Virus record (IMG/VR): IMGVR_UViG_3300028797_000152
Location: 57,162 to 77,161 of that record
Origin: an uncultured virus (IMG/VR IMGVR_UViG_3300028797_000152)
Lineage: Duplodnaviria; Heunggongvirae; Uroviricota; Caudoviricetes
Length of the DNA: 20,000 bases
Reading direction: 5' to 3' (one strand)
Part shown: in pieces, positions 8,788 through 15,800 of the stretch
Position numbering within the stretch: the first letter of the stretch is position 1
How the letters are laid out: the number at the start of each line of letters is the position of its first letter
Notes under the pieces: generated by a model
Told to the model about the DNA's origin: nothing
What the model saw: the letters and a program-made list of their open reading frames with translations, nothing else
Database searches by the model: none
Position numbers and translations under genes: made by a program

Positions 8788-10686
8788 ATGGCAGAATCAG
8801 AAGCAAACCATGGTCTGATTAATTACGCAAGTAGAGATTATCAAAGTCTGATGGAAGAGTTTTGGGCATTAGTTCCGAAACTCACTGATGTGTGGAAGCC
8901 GGAAGCTGACGCAGACCCGGGTGTTGTATTAGGCAAATTACTTGCTTCTGCTGCAGATTGTTTGTCTGTCAACCAAGATTATCTAGCCAACGAGCTCTTC
9001 GCACCGTCTGTTTTACAGAGAAAAGATGCAGAAAAGATTTTTGGCCTTATCGGATATGATTTAGGTTTCTATACAGCAGCAAGAACAGAAGTTACATTCA
9101 CAAATAATACTTCAGATACAATGAATCTTGATTTTGGATTCAATGGAGCAAACTTCTGCACACTTAATGCTTATACAGATATTACAAATACTGCTAGAGT
9201 TATCAACTACAACATTCTTCCGATGACAAGTAGTTACGGAGATACAGAGAGTAGAAGCAGACGAAGTGTTCTGACTGACTATATTGATGTATTTGCAGAA
9301 TCTGATAAAGTAACTTTAGAGTCAGGTAAATCAGTAACTAGAGTAGCAATTGAAGGCGAACTTAGAAGTTATTCTATTTCAGTTGATGAAGTAATTAAAA
9401 GTAATTATATCATAACATTGCCTTCTCAGCATGTTGATACAACAGCAGTTTGGATTAAAGGTAAAACTTCGTTATCTGCCTCGTCTTTTGATAAGACTCA
9501 ATGGATTCAGGTTGCTAATGTTGCAGAGTTCAATACAGCAGAGCCCAGATATTGCGTAACTTATGACAATTACTCAAATGCACATATAACTATTTCTAAT
9601 TACCTTAATCAGTTATCTAATTATAAGGGATATGTGTTAACTATCTATTGGATAGACTGTTCAGGTGTAATCGGTTGTGTAGGTACTGATGTATTAGAAA
9701 ATCTTATCTTTGCCAAGACAAATAATCCTGCTTATGAACCTAGTGAGATTTTGATTTCTAATCTTTCCAATACAGTAGAGTTACCCCATACTTATGCAGT
9801 AACTGGTAAATCTCCTGAAACTGCAAAAGAAGCATATCACAATAGCAGGAATTCAATCAATACCTGGGACAGTCTTGTAACTCTTCCTGATTATACTCGT
9901 TTCCTTAAGAGGGAAGCCGGAGTAGATTGCGGAGTAGTTATTGACTGTCAAAAGGCGCTTGAAATCAACTTAGCAATATACAAAGACAAGAACTTAACTA
10001 GTAGCCAGAAGTCAAAGATGTATATAACTACTAGAGAATTCCCAAAAGGAAACTTACAGTCCTTAGATTGGAGAAACATCCTTAGTGATGAATTGATTCA
10101 ACTCTATAAAAGGAATAGTATGCCTTTTGAAGTCAATTTTAAAACAAACACAGCAGTTTGCTTTGCAATTCACAATGACTTCAAGGATGATATTTGGGGA
10201 CAAGGTCAAGTTGATTTGGCACAAACTAGCAATGATTCTTCATTTACTAGATATAAGCCACCGCAAATGTTTATCGATAATATAATTGCAGATTTCAGGC
10301 CGCTACAAGCGATGTCTGTAGATATGCAATTTAGTTCTTGTAGAGTATTTGACTTCTATGTAGTGGGTCAGATATTCACAAATAGGCCTGTAACAGAAGA
10401 TGTTGGCAAGACAATTATCAACAAGGCTAAAGAAGCATTAGCAATTTACTTTGCTCCGGCTAATAGAGGATTCAATCTCAAGCCTACAATAATGGAAATT
10501 GTCAAGGTAATACAGAATTGCGACGAAAGAATAATATACTTTGACGCAGGTAGCCCTAGTAATCCTGTAATCAAGTGGAGTAATTGTGATGTAGAATGCT
10601 TTAATTACATCTCATTTGCAAGATACAATGAGCCTGATAATGCAGGTCAAGCAATAAGAATTGCACCAGAATGTTTAACAAAATAA
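8788..10686 (+). CDS. Baseplate wedge protein J (T4 gp6 / P2 gpJ-like)
   Basis: N-terminal NYASRDYQSL...W....ADPGVVL..L.A...D.LS...D....E.F......RK......LIGY...YTAARTEVTF. Later G.SPET...A.......TWDSLVTLPDY. 632 aa. RBS AGGAG. Confidence 0.88.
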   Translation: MAESEANHGLINYASRDYQSLMEEFWALVPKLTDVWKPEADADPGVVLGKLLASAADCLSVNQDYLANELFAPSVLQRKDAEKIFGLIGYDLGFYTAARTEVTFTNNTSDTMNLDFGFNGANFCTLNAYTDITNTARVINYNILPMTSSYGDTESRSRRSVLTDYIDVFAESDKVTLESGKSVTRVAIEGELRSYSISVDEVIKSNYIITLPSQHVDTTAVWIKGKTSLSASSFDKTQWIQVANVAEFNTAEPRYCVTYDNYSNAHITISNYLNQLSNYKGYVLTIYWIDCSGVIGCVGTDVLENLIFAKTNNPAYEPSEILISNLSNTVELPHTYAVTGKSPETAKEAYHNSRNSINTWDSLVTLPDYTRFLKREAGVDCGVVIDCQKALEINLAIYKDKNLTSSQKSKMYITTREFPKGNLQSLDWRNILSDELIQLYKRNSMPFEVNFKTNTAVCFAIHNDFKDDIWGQGQVDLAQTSNDSSFTRYKPPQMFIDNIIADFRPLQAMSVDMQFSSCRVFDFYVVGQIFTNRPVTEDVGKTIINKAKEALAIYFAPANRGFNLKPTIMEIVKVIQNCDERIIYFDAGSPSNPVIKWSNCDVECFNYISFARYNEPDNAGQAIRIAPECLTK

Positions 10687-10701
10687 AAGGAGAAATATAA
10701 C

Positions 10702-10923
10702 ATGATGAATTTAGTGGATTTCTTATCTCAACTTAGTGATAATATTATCATTAAATCCCTTGATGGAACCGTATTATTTAGGGGAAATGTTGGGGAACTT
10801 TATGCAGGCAATGAAATTGATGCTGATTACTTTCTGAGTGATGACCTTACAATTAAAGATTTTGCAGTATATGAGGCTTATGCATCTGGTAGTTGCATAA
10901 TTATAAATGTAGCATTTGCTTAA
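10702..10923 (+). CDS. Small hypothetical protein (73 aa), probable paralog of 8530..8772
   Basis: RBS AAGGAG. Shares the pattern M.(V/L).D.(I/L)...D....I..L....(I/L)(Y/F)(K/R)G...(D/E)...DL.(V/I)...I.(L/I)NV. Confidence 0.7.
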   Translation: MMNLVDFLSQLSDNIIIKSLDGTVLFRGNVGELYAGNEIDADYFLSDDLTIKDFAVYEAYASGSCIIINVAFA

Positions 10924-10933
10924 GGGTGATATT

Positions 10934-11248
10934 ATGAAAAAGTATATAAAATCAAGTTCTGGTAGCATGGATGACATCATTCAATTAGCAGATGATGTTG
11001 AAGCATTATTAAATGAGAATAGAATAAGTCATGTAGAGTTATATAACTATAAGCGTTATGAACCTATTCCTGAAATTGCTGTCATATCATTCTTAATTGA
11101 AGGCGATTGGAAACATGACCATATCAGAGCCGATTGGCTTGTAAAAGATAACTTCAGCGTTGTTAAGAACGAAAGTTATGCAACAGAAGATACAGGTTCC
11201 GATTGGGGCCCTGAAGTTCATACATATTATATCTATATGAATCACTAA
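10934..11248 (+). CDS. Hypothetical protein with MKKYIKSS leader and GDWKHDH motif (104 aa)
   Basis: The ATG at 10934 follows GGGTGA just after the upstream stop and is preferred over the TTG at 10916. Function unknown. Confidence 0.75.
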   Translation: MKKYIKSSSGSMDDIIQLADDVEALLNENRISHVELYNYKRYEPIPEIAVISFLIEGDWKHDHIRADWLVKDNFSVVKNESYATEDTGSDWGPEVHTYYIYMNH

Positions 11249-11251
11249 TCT

Positions 11252-11278
11252 ATGAAAATCAGTGATATATCAGTCTAG
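11252..11278 (+). pseudogene. Stranded 5' remnant (MKISDISV*) of the gpI-like gene
   Basis: atg aaa atc agt gat ata tca gtc tag encodes the same 8 residues as 11701-11724 (atg aaa ata agc gat atc tca gtt). There are 4 differences in 24 nt, all synonymous third positions. Confidence 0.85.
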
Positions 11279-11327
11279 AGAAAGCAATAGAATTTTTGAA
11301 AAAAAATAAGATAAAGGAGACACAAAC

Positions 11328-11690
11328 ATGAAAAGAACAAACAGAGTTTATCCTCAAAGTTATGTAAGAGCAAGTTCAGACAATAGTCGGATATCTATCG
11401 ATGATATTAAATCTGCAATTAAAGAATGCAAAGAATACGGAGCAAAGTGTCGAATTAAAGGCGATTACGTAAGATATACATCATTTGAAGATGATTTTGT
11501 ATCTTATAATAGCTTATCTGACATGGTTGCTGAGCTTAATTCTACAAATATGTCATATGATGATATAATGGAAGACCCCGGTCAAATATTTGATTATGGC
11601 CAGATTGATTCTTTAGGAATCAGCATGTCAAGCGAAGTTCCTGAATATCGTCAATTTAAGAAAGAAATGAATGCTAAGTTAGGCTTCTGA
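11328..11690 (+). CDS. Inserted hypothetical protein (120 aa) with basic leader MKRTNRVYPQSYVRASS
   Basis: RBS AAGGAG. It sits between the remnant and the intact 5' end of the gpI-like gene. Confidence 0.8.
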   Translation: MKRTNRVYPQSYVRASSDNSRISIDDIKSAIKECKEYGAKCRIKGDYVRYTSFEDDFVSYNSLSDMVAELNSTNMSYDDIMEDPGQIFDYGQIDSLGISMSSEVPEYRQFKKEMNAKLGF

Positions 11691-11700
11691 TTAATATAAT

Positions 11701-12807
11701 ATGAAAATAAGCGATATCTCAGTTCCTTCTATATACAAATCTTCTGCAGATTTCCGCTTTTTCATAAAGTGGTTTGAATATGCTTTGACTAGATTACAGT
11801 TTGATATAGAAAATACTGCAGATTTATATGACCCTCTTCGTTGTCCTAGTCATCTACTTTGGATGCTTGGCGATACAATGGGATACAAATATGATGATAG
11901 AGCAGGATTATGCAAAGCATTTAATCGCTTTGTTATGTTATACTTTATGTCTATGATAAAGTATAAAGGAAGTAACCTTGGAGTTACATTAGCCGCAGAG
12001 GTTAATCTCAAACAAAAAGATATAAATGCCTATGGAGAAGAGAATGATATCCTTTTTGATAGATTAGAAGATACCTCAATTCCTAATAACTCAGTGTATG
12101 TTGAATCTAATACAGATATGGGCTATATTAATGTAATATATTTTACAGATGAGAAGCCGATAGATACTTGTATTGAATATGTTAGGCCGCTTGGAATGTA
12201 TTGTTTTCAGTATGCAGGTGTTAGGATTGATTCTTTAACAAGAATTTCAGTAGACGCAAGACTTGCAAAAGCCGGAGACGCTACTGGAATCATCGGCCCT
12301 ACAAAAGTTGGCCATTATACAAGGAATGATTATGCAAGGATGCAGAGAATGAAACATGAGTCTGCTCCTGAAATAATAAATACTCATGATAAGAGACAAC
12401 CTGTATATGCAAGAAATTCTGAAGCAGAATCTCAGCCTACAATTAATGCAGGTTACAGGGCCTTGAATTCACTTCAGATGGCTAATAATGAACATATTGT
12501 TAAGTCGTTATTTAGCGAACCAATATTCAGTTTAGGAGTAAGTCCTACTGTCGATGAAATGACCGAAGTTGATGTAAATGACCCAAAGTATAACCTTAGA
12601 TATAATAGAACAGTTGACTTAGCGAGTTATAGGACACCTCCTACAGATGAACATCCTGAAGGGGAGCCTATTGGACAAGATATTGTCAACGAAATCGGGT
12701 ATCTTCCTGTTGATACTCTTGACAAGGGTAAAGAACAACATTATAACGCTCCTGTTCCTAAAGTAGATGGAATAATGACACAAGCAGGAGAACCAATGGA
12801 TACATGA
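11701..12807 (+). CDS. Baseplate wedge protein (P2 gpI / T4 gp7-like)
   Basis: DLYDPLRCPSHLLWMLGDTMGYKYD...R.........IKYKGS..G matches the gpI-type signature, and IEYVRPLG occurs later. It lies between gpJ and the tail fibre. Confidence 0.75.
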   Translation: MKISDISVPSIYKSSADFRFFIKWFEYALTRLQFDIENTADLYDPLRCPSHLLWMLGDTMGYKYDDRAGLCKAFNRFVMLYFMSMIKYKGSNLGVTLAAEVNLKQKDINAYGEENDILFDRLEDTSIPNNSVYVESNTDMGYINVIYFTDEKPIDTCIEYVRPLGMYCFQYAGVRIDSLTRISVDARLAKAGDATGIIGPTKVGHYTRNDYARMQRMKHESAPEIINTHDKRQPVYARNSEAESQPTINAGYRALNSLQMANNEHIVKSLFSEPIFSLGVSPTVDEMTEVDVNDPKYNLRYNRTVDLASYRTPPTDEHPEGEPIGQDIVNEIGYLPVDTLDKGKEQHYNAPVPKVDGIMTQAGEPMDT

Positions 12808-12820
12808 GAGGAGGTAACAA

Positions 12821-15800
12821 GTGAAAGATAGACGTAAGTTACCTGCTCTTGATAATGCCCAAAAGTTAACTAAACCTGATTTGAATACTATCGGCGATAA
12901 GAATTACGTCGATACTATATTGCGTTATGGCGGACTTGCTACTCATTTTGTGCAATTAGACACAAAAGCAAAATATATTGTCCCTGCCATCAACGAGATA
13001 ATTGTATATCCTAATCCGCCTGAAACACCTACTCAAACATTAAATAAAGTTAAGATTGATAATACAATCTATGCTTTATCTGGCGGCTCAACAGTTATTC
13101 CTAATCCGCCTGACCCTTCTGGTGCTTTAATAACAGAAGATGGTCATATAATTCTTATTGAATCCGGCTCAGAATTAATTCCTGAACAAAGTAGTGGCGG
13201 AGGTACTCCCTCATATCCACCATTAGTTACTGTTAGTATTGATGGTACCATCTACTCTATTGCCGGAGATTATACCTTACCTATTGCTTCTGCTGATACA
13301 TTGGGTGGTATTAAAGTTGGCGAAGGCTTACATATTAATAGCGAAACGGGTGTACTATCTACAGATAATGGGATTGAGTACTTCCCGGGTGTAGGTGTAT
13401 ACTTCAGTTCAGCGGTAACTGAGAATTTTACTACTGCGGCGTATGACGAAAGCACCGGAATATCTTATACTGAATGTCAATTATCCTATCCTACGACTTC
13501 AGATTCTATACGAATAGCTTGTAATCCACCTAGAGGTTCTTATTTTGACTTCCGATATGATTCTGATACAAAGGTAGTTACAGTAATTTGTCGTGATTAT
13601 GTACCAGAAGGAACCCCACTAGAAATAAATTATCAAGGTATTAACGACCGTGCACGCAGTATCAATGCAGAAGTAGGTAGGAAAAGTCCTACTTATCTAC
13701 AAGCAGGACTTAGTTCTGATTACATATCTTCAGAAAGAAAGGATGCTTGGAGAGATACACAAACAGTTGTAGATGGAAATCATGTATATACTAATAATGG
13801 AGGAACAACTGGTCGGAGTAAGGGATTTTCATTAGGAAAGATAACTGTAACTGGAACTGAATCTGCCTCATTCTTTGTAAAACAAGATTCTACTAATACT
13901 AATACAGCCTATGTTCTTATAAGTAAGCCTGATAAATCATTTAAAGTTACTGTTACTGAAACTTTTACTGGAGATGGAACAACTACAACATTTACAGTTG
14001 CCCATGATGTCTACACCCCAGGTGTAATAAGCACATCTCCTTCTTATTATTCTGGTCAGTGGTCAGGAAATAATGTAGTATTCTCAGTTGCACCTTCTGT
14101 AGGAACGACAATTTCTGCTACTTATGAGTATATAGATATCACTGATTCTAGTTTAGTCCTTAAATCATATAAAGGCTTAACTACCGAAGATTATGTAGAA
14201 TGTCCTATTTCTTTCGGTGACGGACGTACTGCTACTAATATCTATAAGAGAACAGTAGATGTCTTATATGTTAAAGACGGCGATAGTTCTATAAATGATA
14301 GTAGTGCTTATATATATTACACAGTAGGTGCACCTTACTTTGGAAACTTAGGTGAAGTTTTCAATGATTATGCTTGGAGTACTCATCATAGCAATTATGC
14401 TATAGGATATCAAGCCCATGCCGAAGGTGGAGATAGCCTTGCTTTTGGTAATCGAAGCCATGCAGAAGGCCAGTCTAAAGCAATAGGCGGTCATTCGCAT
14501 TCTGAGGGTACGGGTTTAGCTCTTGGGAATCTATCTCATGCAGAAGGTGAAGATACTACAACTACAAATACCAGCGCCCATGCAGAAGGTCGTGATACTC
14601 TTGCTTCAGGGTGGCAAGCTCATGCAGAAGGTGAATCTACTCAAGCAACGGGGCATTATTCCCATTCAGAGGGAACTGTTACTGTAGCCTCTAACCAAGC
14701 AGCTCATGCAGAAGGTACGTCTACTCAAGCATCAGGTGATAGTGCCCATGCTGAAGGTAATAAAACTGTTGCAAGTAATTCTCAATCTCACGCAGAAGGC
14801 GATAATACAAAAGCAACAGGACCTTCGGCTCACGCAGAAGGCGGTTCCACTGTCGCATCAGGTAATCGTTCTCATGCAGAAGGTAATATGACTACGGCAT
14901 CGGGAGATTATTCCCATGCAGAAGGTAACTATACTCAAGCTACAAACTATTACGCTCACGCAGAAGGTCAATCTTCTATAGCTTCTGGTAGTGACGGTGC
15001 CCATGCAGAAGGTAATTCCACAAAAGCAATAGGTGTTGCTTCACATTCTGAGGGTTTATATTCTCAAGCTCAAGGTACATATGCCCACGCAGAGGGCAAT
15101 TCTACTACTGCTTCCGGAGATAACTCACATGCCGAAGGTGAGCATACAACAGCTTCGGGTTTTGATGCTCATGCTGAGGGACAAGCATGTGTAGCTAGCA
15201 ATTCTTACTCCCACGCAGAAGGACAGCATACAACTGCATCTGGTCAAGTATCTCATGCTGAAGGCTATTACACAACTGCTTCAGGTACAGATGCACATGC
15301 AGAAGGCATAAGTACTATATCATCTGGTTATGGTTCTCATGCCGAAGGTGAAAATACACAAGCTCTGCAAGAAGCAAGCCACGCCGAAGGTGAATATACA
15401 ATTGCTGCAAGTAGAGACCAGCATGTATTTGGTAAATATAATATTGCAGATATTCCGCCATCGGGTGGTACTGGTCATGGTACTTATGTAGAAATAGTCG
15501 GTAATGGTACTAGCGATAATGCCAGGTCTAATGTAAGAACATTAGATTGGAATGGTAATGAATATGTTGCTGGTAGAATTACTGTTGGCTTAGCTCCTCT
15601 CGCAGGAATGGATGTTGCTACAAAGAAATATGTAGACGACCATGGTGGTGGAGGCGGTGGGGGACTTCCTTCAATTAAAGCTGGTACTGGTATTGCTGCA
15701 GAATTATTCAACCAGATGGATGAGTATAATGAAAGCACTGCTAGTGGTGATTACTCTCATGCTGAGGGTATAAGTACTACATCTTCAGGTCCAGGTGCTC

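Noticed and set aside
11293..11306. T5-G-A8 tract as a phase-variation site, terminator or promoter
   Set aside because: A short homopolymer is unremarkable in AT-rich DNA. There is no GC stem and no properly spaced -10 box.
11252..11724. Intron or programmed frameshift/bypass joining the MKISDISV mini-ORF to the gpI-like gene
   Set aside because: The downstream gene has its own complete start, so no splicing is needed. There are no recognisable group I/II intron structures or homing-endonuclease motifs in the intervening gene.
1759..12807. Bacterial extracellular contractile injection system or tailocin instead of a phage
   Set aside because: No host genes, AAA ATPase or toxin cargo are visible. 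The small inserted genes, restriction-site avoidance and multiple long fibres fit a phage better. It is not formally excluded because no head genes are in the window.
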